From Oscillospiraceae bacterium (GTDB lineage: Bacteria > Bacillota > Clostridia > Oscillospirales > Ruminococcaceae): DNA of 64,000 bases. The translations under genes were made by a program, and so were the position numbers. The DNA lies in assembly GCA_031282245.1 (NCBI GenBank), contig JAITEB010000035.1, positions 18,553 through 82,552 of the forward strand, read 5' to 3'. Every line of letters starts with the position of its first letter. Within the stretch, counting starts at the first letter, position 1. Positions 45,181 to 54,783 of this stretch are shown here, piece after piece. Under the pieces are notes generated by a model. That model did no database searches and was not told the origin of the DNA. It saw only the letters and a program-made list of their open reading frames with translations.

Positions 45181-45270
45181 AAATTACGGGAATAATTCAA
45201 GCGGACAGCTTTCCGCGCTAATTTCAGCCCAAGCGAAAAATAGATTTAAGCAATTGTTATAATACCAGAA

Positions 45271-45320
45271 AAGAACGGGCGATTTTGTTGTAATTTGAAG
45301 TTGCCTGTTCTTTATTTTTT
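45271..45320. terminator. Bidirectional terminator between spo0A and the convergent small gene
   Basis: AAGAACGGGC, loop, then GCCTGTTCTT followed by TATTTTTT. Confidence 0.55.
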
Positions 45321-45328
45321 CTTGGTTT

Positions 45329-45661
45329 TTATTGTTTTATATAAGCAAGACCGTTTTCCGCGGCGACGGAAAGAATTATGCTTTCCATCTCTTCTGAAAG
45401 TCCAAGGCCGCAGACCGCGAGAAGATCCGGGTTCATCCCGTCCGCCCGGAAATTTATCGCGAAGGTTCTGATTAAATATTCGGGGTCCTTTGTTTTGGGG
45501 CCGACGCGAAGGGCGATATATATTTCGGCTTCGCTGTTTTTTTCTTCTGACTGGACAATTTTCTCCAAAACAAAGCGCGCAAGACAGAACAGTCCTGTGC
45601 AGGAGAAAATAATAAGCAAAATTAAAGACCATATATTTATTATAATATACTCGCCTGGCAT
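45329..45661 (-). CDS. Small hypothetical protein with N-terminal TM segment (110 aa)
   Basis: ORF with AGGAGG upstream at a long 14-nt spacing. It has one hydrophobic N-terminal helix. I recognised no family. Confidence 0.4.
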   Translation of the reverse strand: MPGEYIIINIWSLILLIIFSCTGLFCLARFVLEKIVQSEEKNSEAEIYIALRVGPKTKDPEYLIRTFAINFRADGMNPDLLAVCGLGLSEEMESIILSVAAENGLAYIKQ

Positions 45662-45860
45662 GATAAAATTAAACGCCTCCTGTTATTATAATATGAAAAA
45701 GTTTATATAAATTGACAATAAAAAATCGCTGCGGAATATTTGCGTATGCCGGTCGCCGCTGAAAATTTTTTCTGAATATTATATAAATTTATGTATTTTT
45801 TTGATAAACGTGCTATAATACATCATAGTTGCTTATATTAACTGAGACGGAGAGAATGAT

Positions 45861-48365
45861 GTGTTAAAAACAGGAGATGTGCAAAAAGAAAAATATTTGC
45901 AGGCGTTTTTGTTTGCCCTTGGCCTGTCTGTTCTTGTGTTTCTGCCTTTTGTGATTATAGATAAAGGCTATTTTTTCTTTTTCGGCGATTTCAACGTCCA
46001 GCAGATCCCGTTTTACAAACTGGCCCATGAAGCGGTGCGCAGCGGGGACGTATTCTGGAGCTGGTATACTGATTTAGGCGCTAATTTTATCGCGTCGTAC
46101 AGTTTTTATCTGCTGGGAAGCCCGTTTTTCTGGCTGACAATCCCGTTTCCAACATCGTGGGTGCCTTATTTTATGGCGCCGCTTTTCTGTCTTAAATTCG
46201 CGACGGCTTCTTTTACGGCTTACGCATATATAACAAAATTTGTAAAAAACAAAAACTACGCCCTTTTGGGCGCGTTGCTTTACGCCTTTTCGGGCTTTTC
46301 TGTCTATAATATATTTTTCAACCACTTTCATGAGTGCATAGCCTTTTTCCCGCTGCTTCTGCTGGGGCTGGAGGAATACATGCGCAGCGGCAGGCGCGGG
46401 CTTTTTGCCGTCGCCGTGGCGATTAACGCCTTTATAAATTATTTCTTCTTTTTTGGTGAAGTAGTGTTCCTGATAATATATTTTGTTTTCCGTGTCCGGA
46501 AAGGCGGCTACACGCTCAAGCTAAAGGGTTTTTTGACGCTTGGGATAGAGGCGGTGATCGGCTTTGCGCTGGCGGCGGTTCTGCTTTTGCCCGCGATAAC
46601 GGCAATTCTGGACAACCCGCGCGTCGCGCGCTTTCCAAGCGGCTGGTGGGCTTTGCTCTACGGCGACGAGCAACGCTATCCGCAGATTATCCAGTCTTTC
46701 TTTTTCCCGCCGGAAATTCCAAGCCGCCCGAATTTTTTCCCGGACGCAAACGTCAAATGGTCGTCCGTGGCGGGGTGGCTGCCCTTTGTCAGCATGAGCG
46801 GGGCAATCAGTTTTATGGCCGCAAAAAAAAAGCTCCGGTTTTTAAATAATATAATATATACCTGCCTGGTTTTCGCGATGGTTCCGATTTTGAACAGCGC
46901 GTTTTACGCCTTTAACAGCGCCTATTATGCGCGCTGGTTTTATATGCCCGTTTTGATCCTTGCGCTTATGTCCGCGCTTGCCTTTGAGGACGAGGAGATA
47001 GATATACGCAAGGGCATGAGAATCACCGGGAATATAAGCATAATAATAGTGCTTGTTATAGGGCTTATGCCGGTTTTGGACGGAACGAAAATCACCGGGC
47101 TTGGGCTTGAGAAATACAGCGACAGGTTTATTATGTATTCCGCGCTGGTTCTGCTCTGCATTATCGGGATGGCCTTTTTGTACAACGCCTTTCACAATAA
47201 GCGGGAGGCGTATCAAAAGGCTCTGCTGATCGCGGTCAGCGCGACTATTGCGGTTTACTCCTGGCTTTATATCGGGCTTGGGAAAACGCATTCCAACACG
47301 CATGACTATATAGTCAATACGGCGCTCAACGCCCGCGACAGCTTTTTTCTGCCGAAAGACGAAGATATAAAAAACCAGTTCTACCGGATAGATTTATATA
47401 ACGGCATGGACAACCAGGCCATGTTTTGGCACATGCCCAGCATACAGGCATTCCACAGCATAGTGCCCGGTTCCGTCATGGAGTTCTATCCTTCGGTCGG
47501 AGTTCAACGGGACGTTGGTTCAAGGCCGGAAACGACTCACTGGGGTTTGCGGCATTTGCTTTCCGTCAAGTTTTTGTTTGTCAATATAGAGAGCGACAAA
47601 AATTTTAACAAGAACGGCTATGAATATCTTGACACGCAAAACGGCTATGAAATTTACCGGAACCTGAATTATATACCGATGGGCTTCACTTATGATTATT
47701 ATATGACGCAGGAGGACTATGACCTGCTCAACAAGGACAACCGCGAGGACGCGATGATCGGCGCGGTTCTTCTCAGCGGCGACCAGATTAACCGCTATGC
47801 TTATATGCTGGACAAAATGGAATTCACTTACCTGAATTCTCTCAATTATGGCACAGTCCAGCCCGAAATAGACCGGCGGAAAGCGTCGGCGGCTTATTAT
47901 TTCCAGCATGACAACAAAGGCTTTAGCGCGCAAATAAACACAGCTTCACCGGAGCTTGTCTTTTTCAGCGTGCCCTATGAAGAGGGCTGGACCGCCAAAG
48001 TGAACGGGCGGAGCGTCCCGGTCGAAAAAGTCAACGTCGGCTTTATGGCTGTTGCCGTCGGGACGGGGGAAAGCGAAATCCGCTTTGAATACCGCACCCC
48101 GGGACTTGCAATGGGCGCGATTATATCGGCGGCGGCGGCGCTTCTTTTGGCGCTGTACCTGCTTTACGTCCGGCGCGACGACCGTAAAAACCGCGCCCTG
48201 CAGACCCTTCCGGGAGAGCAGGACAAACTTTGGCCCGAAGACATGTTTAATAATACAGATATGACCTATATTGCGCCGGAGAATGTCTCTCCGGAAAAGG
48301 GCGAAGAAGACACTCTTCCTGAAATTACGGAAGTGCCCGAAGCCGAAGATAAGCCGGAAAACTAA
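45861..48365 (+). CDS. YfhO family membrane protein (putative glycosyltransferase)
   Basis: 834 aa, polytopic. The N-terminus GYFFFFGDFNVQQIPFYKLAHEAV is typical of YfhO. Acidic C-terminal tail. GTG start after GGAGAG. Confidence 0.8.
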   Translation: MLKTGDVQKEKYLQAFLFALGLSVLVFLPFVIIDKGYFFFFGDFNVQQIPFYKLAHEAVRSGDVFWSWYTDLGANFIASYSFYLLGSPFFWLTIPFPTSWVPYFMAPLFCLKFATASFTAYAYITKFVKNKNYALLGALLYAFSGFSVYNIFFNHFHECIAFFPLLLLGLEEYMRSGRRGLFAVAVAINAFINYFFFFGEVVFLIIYFVFRVRKGGYTLKLKGFLTLGIEAVIGFALAAVLLLPAITAILDNPRVARFPSGWWALLYGDEQRYPQIIQSFFFPPEIPSRPNFFPDANVKWSSVAGWLPFVSMSGAISFMAAKKKLRFLNNIIYTCLVFAMVPILNSAFYAFNSAYYARWFYMPVLILALMSALAFEDEEIDIRKGMRITGNISIIIVLVIGLMPVLDGTKITGLGLEKYSDRFIMYSALVLLCIIGMAFLYNAFHNKREAYQKALLIAVSATIAVYSWLYIGLGKTHSNTHDYIVNTALNARDSFFLPKDEDIKNQFYRIDLYNGMDNQAMFWHMPSIQAFHSIVPGSVMEFYPSVGVQRDVGSRPETTHWGLRHLLSVKFLFVNIESDKNFNKNGYEYLDTQNGYEIYRNLNYIPMGFTYDYYMTQEDYDLLNKDNREDAMIGAVLLSGDQINRYAYMLDKMEFTYLNSLNYGTVQPEIDRRKASAAYYFQHDNKGFSAQINTASPELVFFSVPYEEGWTAKVNGRSVPVEKVNVGFMAVAVGTGESEIRFEYRTPGLAMGAIISAAAALLLALYLLYVRRDDRKNRALQTLPGEQDKLWPEDMFNNTDMTYIAPENVSPEKGEEDTLPEITEVPEAEDKPEN

Positions 48366-48380
48366 CAGAAGATATAATTC

Positions 48381-48425
48381 AAAAAAACCCGGCGCCTGTT
48401 TCTCAACCGGCGCCGGGTTTTTTTA
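48381..48425. terminator. Bidirectional intrinsic terminator (yfhO / fumarase beta)
   Basis: AAAAAAA-CCCGGCGCC, loop, then GGCGCCGGG-TTTTTTTT. Confidence 0.8.
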
Positions 48426-49031
48426 TAATTCGCTCTGCAAGGCGCGAAAATCTCCGGCGAAGGCGGTGAAAATCCGGGCTTTGTTTCGGCGGTATAAATC
48501 TTTGTTTGCTTCAAAAAAATTATTGCCTTTGCTGTCAATGCTCACTACAAGAGGGCCGAAATTTTCCGCCCGGCAGACCCAGACAGCTTCGGCCATTCCC
48601 AGATCATCCCAATAGAGTCCGGTGATCCTGGCCTGTTCCGCCGCCAGAACCCCGCAGCCTCCTGTATAGACGGCGTGAACGCAGCCGAATTCCCGGCATG
48701 CCGCAGCCGTTTCCCCGCCCATGCCGCCTTTGCCGATGATTATTTTCACGCCCGTTCTGCGGATAAATTCGGTTTCCAGCTTTTCCATTCGCATACTGGT
48801 GGTCGGTCCCATAGCTACCAGCTCCCAACCGATTGCGCTTTGCCGGACAATTGGCCCGGCGTGGTACAGCCCCGCCCCTTTCAGGTCAATGGGAAGCTCC
48901 GCGCCGGAAACAAGGCGTTCGTGGGCGGAATCGCGCGCCGTGACGAACAGCCCGTTCAGATAAACCGTATCCCCGGCGGCGATATTTTCCAGATCCGCGC
49001 GGTTTATCGGCGTTTCCAGATAACGCGCCAT
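48423..49031 (-). CDS. Class I fumarate hydratase / tartrate dehydratase beta (C-terminal domain) subunit
   Basis: 202 aa. GDTVYLNGLFVTARDSAHERL...IIGKGGMG...VYTGGCGVLAA is typical of FumA-C/TtdB-type Fe-S hydro-lyase beta subunits. Confidence 0.8.
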   Translation of the reverse strand: MARYLETPINRADLENIAAGDTVYLNGLFVTARDSAHERLVSGAELPIDLKGAGLYHAGPIVRQSAIGWELVAMGPTTSMRMEKLETEFIRRTGVKIIIGKGGMGGETAAACREFGCVHAVYTGGCGVLAAEQARITGLYWDDLGMAEAVWVCRAENFGPLVVSIDSKGNNFFEANKDLYRRNKARIFTAFAGDFRALQSEL

Positions 49032-49234
49032 TACAGGCTATTTCCAATCTTAAAAAAATAGGGCGCAAGCAGGAACAAAATCATAAGCCCGGGCAGCAGC
49101 ATGAGTACGCCGCCGACCACGACGAAAGCGATTTTTGCCTGACGGCCGCCGCCGGAGACAAGACCAAAAATCAGCAGCCCCAGGCCGATAGCAAAGCCGA
49201 TAAGCGCAAGAATAAAAACCAGACTGAATGTCAT
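49031..49234 (-). CDS. Small two-TM membrane protein (67 aa)
   Basis: MTFSLVFILALIGFAIGLGLLIFG...VVGGVLMLLPGLMILFLL. AAAGGAGG RBS. Its TAA overlaps the ATG of the downstream fumarase beta gene (TAATG). Confidence 0.5.
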   Translation of the reverse strand: MTFSLVFILALIGFAIGLGLLIFGLVSGGGRQAKIAFVVVGGVLMLLPGLMILFLLAPYFFKIGNSL

Positions 49235-49274
49235 CAAATTTTCCTCCTTTAGATTTAAATCAACAGAATTTTTT

Positions 49275-51257
49275 TTATGAAATGTCGAGCATGTCAAGAT
49301 ATTCATGCCCATGCTCGGCAATATAGGCCTTTCTGCCGTCAAGATCGTTGCCCTGAAGCAGACCGAACATCCTGGAAGTTTCCTCCGCTTCGTCTGAATT
49401 GATGCTGATCAGCCGCCGCGTGTCGGGGTTCATGGTGGTCAGCCACATCATGTCCGCATCGTTTTCGCCAAGCCCTTTCGAGCGCTGGAGCTTGTATTTT
49501 TTGCCCCTGAGCCGGGCAAGAATAGCGTTCTTTTCTTTTTCATCATAGGCAAAATAAGTCTCGCTGCCGCAGGTGATTTCAAAAAGCGGCGATTCCGCGA
49601 TATAGACATAGTTTTCGTCAATAAGGCGCGGCATAAGCCTGTAAATCATCGTGAGAATCAGCGTCCTGATCTGGAAGCCGTCGACGTCCGCGTCTGTGCA
49701 GATAATAATTTTGTTCCAGCGCAGGTTTTCTATGTCAAAATTAGAGAACTCTTTGCTTGCTTTTGAGTTTACGTCAACGCCGCAGCCCAGAACCCGAATT
49801 AAATCCGTGATGATTTCGCTTTTGAAAATTTTGCCGTAGTCGGATTTAAGGCAGTTGAGTATTTTCCCGCGCACGGGGATAACGGCCTGAAACTCCGAAT
49901 CCCTGCTCATTTTGCATGAGCCGAGCGCGGAATTTCCCTCCACTATATACAGTTCGCGCTTTGCAATATCCTTACTGCGGCAATCGACGAATTTTTGCAC
50001 GCGGCTGGCCATATCAACCCCGCCGGAAAGCTTTTTCTTGAGGTTGAGGCGGGTTTTTTCGGCGTTTTCGCGGCTGCGCTTGTTGATTAAGACCTGCTCG
50101 CCGATTTTGGACGCGTCGTCCGGATTCTCAATAAAATAAACCTCAAGCTGGTGCTTCAGGAATTCCGACATGGCTTCGTAGATAAATTTGTTTGTGACGG
50201 ATTTTTTTGTCTGGTTCTCATAAGAAGTGACGGTCGAAAAAGAACTTGAAACCAGCGCAAGACAGTCTTCCACATCCACAAACGTAATTTTGCTCTCGTT
50301 TTTCAGATATTTAGAATTCTGCTTAAGCCAGGCGTCAATCTGGTATACAAAAGCGTAGCGCACAGCCTTTTCCGGCGCGCCGCCGTACTCAAGAAAGCTT
50401 GAATTGTGATAATATTCGCTGAATTTAACCCGGTTTGAAAAACAAAGCGCGACGGACAGCCTGACTTTATATTCCGGCTTGTCCGCCCGGTCGCGGCCGC
50501 GGCGCTCGGCTTCCCAGTACTTCACAGGCGAAAGAGCTTCGTCCCCCGCGATTTCGCCGACATAATCCTCAATGCCGTTCTGATACAGGAAGCTCTCTTC
50601 CCGCGCGCCCTCCTCGTCTTCGTACCTGAACTCGAACAGCAGGCCCCTGTTCACCACGGCCTGGCGCTTCAGCGTCTGGACAAAATAATCATAGCCGATA
50701 TTAATATCTGTAAAGACATCAATATCGGGTTTGTAAGTAATTTTCGTGCCTGTGCGCTTTGAGCCGACCGCATGGGATTCCAGTCCGCCGGCGGCTTCTC
50801 CCTTTCTGAAACGCAGGGTATGCCTGATTTTACCCGAATATATCACCGCGTCCATATATTCCGAAGCGTACTGAGTTGAGCAAAGCCCAAGCCCGTTCAG
50901 GCCCAGCGAATACTCATAGCTCCCGCCGGAATTGGTGTCATATTTCCCGCCGGCGTAAAGCTCGCAGAAAACCAGCTCCCAGTTGTATCGGCCTTCTTTC
51001 TGGTTATAGCCCACCGGGATTCCCCTGCCGAAGTCCTCCACAGTGATAGAGGCGTCTTTGTGGCGCGTGACGATTATTTTGTCCCCAAAGCCTTCGCGGG
51101 CCTCGTCTATTGAGTTTGAGAGAATCTCAAAAAAAGACTGCTCGCAGCCTTCCACCCCGTCGGAGCCGAAAATCACCCCCGGGCGCTTGCGGACGCGGTC
51201 GGCGCCTTTCAGGGCGGAAATGCTCTCGTTTGTATAATTATTTGTTTTCCTGGCCAT
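49275..51257 (-). CDS. Type IIA topoisomerase ATPase/Toprim subunit (ParE/GyrB-like)
   Basis: 660 aa with EILSNSIDEA (GHKL N-box), GLNGLG, QTKKS, Toprim YIVEGNSA and DADVDG, and GLGENDADMMWLTTMNP. Confidence 0.85.
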   Translation of the reverse strand: MARKTNNYTNESISALKGADRVRKRPGVIFGSDGVEGCEQSFFEILSNSIDEAREGFGDKIIVTRHKDASITVEDFGRGIPVGYNQKEGRYNWELVFCELYAGGKYDTNSGGSYEYSLGLNGLGLCSTQYASEYMDAVIYSGKIRHTLRFRKGEAAGGLESHAVGSKRTGTKITYKPDIDVFTDINIGYDYFVQTLKRQAVVNRGLLFEFRYEDEEGAREESFLYQNGIEDYVGEIAGDEALSPVKYWEAERRGRDRADKPEYKVRLSVALCFSNRVKFSEYYHNSSFLEYGGAPEKAVRYAFVYQIDAWLKQNSKYLKNESKITFVDVEDCLALVSSSFSTVTSYENQTKKSVTNKFIYEAMSEFLKHQLEVYFIENPDDASKIGEQVLINKRSRENAEKTRLNLKKKLSGGVDMASRVQKFVDCRSKDIAKRELYIVEGNSALGSCKMSRDSEFQAVIPVRGKILNCLKSDYGKIFKSEIITDLIRVLGCGVDVNSKASKEFSNFDIENLRWNKIIICTDADVDGFQIRTLILTMIYRLMPRLIDENYVYIAESPLFEITCGSETYFAYDEKEKNAILARLRGKKYKLQRSKGLGENDADMMWLTTMNPDTRRLISINSDEAEETSRMFGLLQGNDLDGRKAYIAEHGHEYLDMLDIS

Positions 51258-51461
51258 GGTTTCCCTTCTTGAATTAAAATATGCGATTGTTTTTTATTTT
51301 GTGATGCGTGGACGGCAAACGCGCTTCGCATTAATATTAAAACTTATCCAGCCGTTCTTGTCAAGGGGATAGGCAGAGTTTACCTGACAAGACAGCTGGA
51401 TATCATACAAAACGCACAGCTTGCCCGCTTTGTGAGTTGTGAATTTTGTATTAAATATTTG

Positions 51462-51490
51462 TTGACAATCTTAGCGCTTTATCTTATAAT
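51462..51490 (+). promoter_or_regulatory. Perfect consensus sigmaA promoter (TTGACA-17-TATAAT) for the liv operon
   Basis: TTGACA at 51462-51467, a 17-nt spacer, and TATAAT at 51485-51490. Confidence 0.6.
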
Positions 51491-51577
51491 AACTTTTATA
51501 ATCTTTTAAAAGGCTTTTTTATATGCGTTCAGCTCCCGCAAAACCTGCGGGAAAATATTTATGGAGGTAGAGTAAAA

Positions 51578-52741
51578 GTGAAAAAATTCCGCATTTTAGC
51601 AGTCATGCTCGTTTCGGCGCTTCTTGTCTCTTCTTTGGCGTCCTGCGGCGGCACTTCCGCAAGCGGCGCGGTAAAAGTTGGCATTCTTGCCCCTCTCACC
51701 GGCGACGTCGCGCAGTACGGCATTGCTGTCAGCAACGGGGCTAAGCTTTATTTGGACGAATTCAACGCAAAGGGCGGTCTTCAGATCGAATATGTCGAAT
51801 ACGACGAGGAAGGCGATCCCGCAAAGGCCGTCACCGGCTATAACCATCTTGTCGACCAGGGCATAACCGCCCTTATCGGCGACGTGACCACAACCCCGAC
51901 TCTTGCCGTTGTGGAAGTCGCCAAAGCCGACAACATGCCCATGATCACCGCTTCCGCCACTGCCGCTTCCGTCACTTATGACGCGGAAAGCGACGCGGTA
52001 AACGGCAATGTTTTCCGTTCATGCTTTATTGACCCCTTCCAGGGGACAAAGATGGCTTCTTTTGTTCAGGAGAAACTCAGCGCGAAAACCGCCGCCGTTC
52101 TTTTCTGCTCGGAAGACGACTATTCTATCGGCCTGAAAGATTCCTTTGTGGAACAGGCAGGCAGGATCGGTCTTGAGGTGGTTTCAACCGAGGCTTTCGC
52201 AAAGGGCGCGACGGATTTCCAGGCTCAGCTTACTAATATTGCCGCCAAAGCCCCGGATGTTTTATTTATTTCTTATTATTACGGCGACGTCGCCCTTGCC
52301 GCAGCTCAGGCGAAAGAGGCCGGCGTAAGCGCGACGCTTATCGGCGCCGACGGATGGGCGGGCATTATGGAAGTGCTCACGGATCCGGGCGTTATCGAAG
52401 GCGCTTATTATTGCAGCGGCTATTCTTCGGACGACACCACCCCTGCCGTTCAGGAATTTATTAAAAGCTATCAGGCCAAGTACGGCGAAGTTCCGAACAT
52501 GTTTGCGGCTCAGGGTTATGACGCGGCGAAAGTTATTGTCAACGCCGTTCAGAAGGCTGTTGACGCCAAGCTTCAGCCCGGCTCGGCGGAATTCAAGCAG
52601 GCTGTTATAGATAATCTTAAGGCCACAAGCCTTGACTGTGTGACCGGCCATATCACTTACGACGAATATAACAACCCAGAGAAAGACGCCGTTATCATCA
52701 ACGTCAAAGGCGGAGTTGAGACCTTCTGGGGCAAGTATTAA
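51578..52741 (+). CDS. Branched-chain amino acid ABC transporter substrate-binding lipoprotein (LivJ/K-like)
   Basis: Lipobox LASCGG, then KVGILAPLTGDVAQYG, typical of type-I periplasmic binding proteins. It leads the livHMGF-like genes. Confidence 0.85.
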   Translation: MKKFRILAVMLVSALLVSSLASCGGTSASGAVKVGILAPLTGDVAQYGIAVSNGAKLYLDEFNAKGGLQIEYVEYDEEGDPAKAVTGYNHLVDQGITALIGDVTTTPTLAVVEVAKADNMPMITASATAASVTYDAESDAVNGNVFRSCFIDPFQGTKMASFVQEKLSAKTAAVLFCSEDDYSIGLKDSFVEQAGRIGLEVVSTEAFAKGATDFQAQLTNIAAKAPDVLFISYYYGDVALAAAQAKEAGVSATLIGADGWAGIMEVLTDPGVIEGAYYCSGYSSDDTTPAVQEFIKSYQAKYGEVPNMFAAQGYDAAKVIVNAVQKAVDAKLQPGSAEFKQAVIDNLKATSLDCVTGHITYDEYNNPEKDAVIINVKGGVETFWGKY

Positions 52742-52878
52742 TCTAAAATATTAAAACAGAATTATTGCGGTTTGCTTATGGGAAAAGCGGCGAAATTTTT
52801 GCCGCTTTTCTTGTTGCAGGGTCGGACTGCGCGTGCCTGAGGGCCGCGCGGGAAATCCAAACGGAGGTGCGGGGAAAA

Positions 52879-53757
52879 ATGCAATTTTTGTCACAGCTTA
52901 TCAACGGTCTGCAGCTGGGGTCTATATATGCCCTTGTTGCTCTGGGATACAGCATGGTTTACGGGATTATAATGCTGCTGAACTTTGCCCACGGCGATAT
53001 AATAATGGTCGGGGGTTATCTTGCCATGCTGGCCATTGGCGCGGGCGTCGCGCCGGCGTTCGCGGTAATGATCTCTATTTTCGGCTGCACAATCCTTGCC
53101 GTCATAATTGAGAAAGGCGCGTATAAGCCATTGAGGAGCGCGCCGCGCCTGTCGCTTCTGATAACGGCGATAGGGGTTTCGCTGCTGCTTCAAAACCTTG
53201 CTTTGCTGATTTTCTCCGCAAACGCGAAGCCTTTCCCGGGAACTTCTATTTTGCCCAGCGGGAGCGTCTCAATCGGCGGGCTTTCTATAGGCACTACGGC
53301 GATAATCACGATTGTTGTTTCGGTTGTGTCTATGGCCGCGCTGACGCTGGTCGTTCAGAAAACGAAAATCGGCAAGGCTATGCGCGCCGTCTCGGAAGAC
53401 ACCGAGGCCGCCCAGCTTATGGGTATTCCTGTTGACTTGATTATTTCTGTTACGTTTGCGATCGGTTCGGCGCTGGCGGGAATCGGTTCCATTTTGTTTT
53501 GCTGCCGCTATCCCCTGCTGACGCCGACAATGGGATCCATGCTTGGCCTGAAAGCGTTTATCGCGGCTGTTCTGGGGGGGATTGGCTCTATACCGGGCGC
53601 GGTTGTGGGCGGATTTGCGATAGGTCTTGCGGAAGTTTTTGTAAATTCGGTCGGGCTTTCCACATGGACGGACGCCGTTGTTTTCGGAATATTGATTATA
53701 GTCCTGCTGGCGCGCCCGAGCGGTTTCTTTGGGCGTCCAATGGTCGAGAAAGTATAA
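52879..53757 (+). CDS. livH: Branched-chain amino acid ABC transporter permease (LivH-like)
   Basis: It starts MQFLSQLINGLQLGSIYALVALGYSMVYG, the canonical LivH N-terminus, after GGAGGTG. Confidence 0.88.
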   Translation: MQFLSQLINGLQLGSIYALVALGYSMVYGIIMLLNFAHGDIIMVGGYLAMLAIGAGVAPAFAVMISIFGCTILAVIIEKGAYKPLRSAPRLSLLITAIGVSLLLQNLALLIFSANAKPFPGTSILPSGSVSIGGLSIGTTAIITIVVSVVSMAALTLVVQKTKIGKAMRAVSEDTEAAQLMGIPVDLIISVTFAIGSALAGIGSILFCCRYPLLTPTMGSMLGLKAFIAAVLGGIGSIPGAVVGGFAIGLAEVFVNSVGLSTWTDAVVFGILIIVLLARPSGFFGRPMVEKV

Positions 53758-53769
53758 GGGGGACTTTGC

Positions 53770-54783
53770 TTGAAAGCACTGACGCTGAAAATGCCTGTGC
53801 GCTATGCGATAAACACGGTCTTGCTGGCGCTTCTGCTTCTTGCGGGAAGCGCCCTGCTGTCCGCCGGGGTTTTCGGGCGGGCGCAGACTTCGGTAATTAT
53901 GCAAATCGGCGTGTATATAATACTGGCTGTTTCGCTCAATGTGGCGACCGGATATTTAGGGCAGCTCCCGCTTGGCCACGCCGGATTTATGGCGGTGGGG
54001 GCCTACGCCGGGGCTATACTCTGGAAGGCCCTGCCGGAGGGTAGTCTCTCGGCCGTAGCCGGAATAATTTTCGGCGGCATTACCGCCGCGGTTTTCGGGC
54101 TGATAATCGGCATCCCCGCTTTGCGGCTCAAGGGCGACTATCTGGCCATTATCACTCTGGGTTTCGGGGAGATTATCAGGATTGCGATAGTCAACCTTTC
54201 GGGGATAACCGGCGGAGCGCCCGGCCTGAAAAAAATCCCGAAATATTCAAATTTCACACTGGTTTATATCTGCGTGATTCTGACCTGCGTGATAATTCAC
54301 ATGTTCATGAAGTCCCGCCACGGACGGGCGATTCTTTCTATCAGGGAAAACGAGATTGCCGCCGAATCCTGCGGAGTGAACACGACTTACTACAAAGTCA
54401 TGGCTTTTACGGCTTCGGCCTTTTTCGCGGGGATTGCCGGGACGCTGTACGCCGGGAACCAGGGCATTATCGCCCCGAGCGAATTCGGCTTTTTGAAGTC
54501 TATCGACATACTCGTCATGGTAGTTCTGGGCGGGATGGGCTCAATGATAGGTTCGATAGTGTCGGCGGCTGTGCTGACGGCGCTGCCGCTGTTCCTGCAA
54601 AGCTCCCTCAAGGGCTTCAACGATTACAGAATGATTATTTATTCCCTGCTTTTGATTTTGGTGATGATATTCAAACCCTCCGGGCTTTTTGGGACATATG
54701 ATTTCTCGCTTTCGTTCCTGATTGAAAAGCTGGGCGTCAAAAAATCGGCAAAGGGGGAGAAGCAAGATGGCGCAAAGGCATGA
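53770..54783 (+). CDS. livM: Branched-chain amino acid ABC transporter permease (LivM-like)
   Basis: GQLPLGHAGFMAVGAY and LRLKGDYLAIITLGFGEI motifs. TTG start after AAGGGGGA. Confidence 0.85.
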   Translation: MKALTLKMPVRYAINTVLLALLLLAGSALLSAGVFGRAQTSVIMQIGVYIILAVSLNVATGYLGQLPLGHAGFMAVGAYAGAILWKALPEGSLSAVAGIIFGGITAAVFGLIIGIPALRLKGDYLAIITLGFGEIIRIAIVNLSGITGGAPGLKKIPKYSNFTLVYICVILTCVIIHMFMKSRHGRAILSIRENEIAAESCGVNTTYYKVMAFTASAFFAGIAGTLYAGNQGIIAPSEFGFLKSIDILVMVVLGGMGSMIGSIVSAAVLTALPLFLQSSLKGFNDYRMIIYSLLLILVMIFKPSGLFGTYDFSLSFLIEKLGVKKSAKGEKQDGAKA

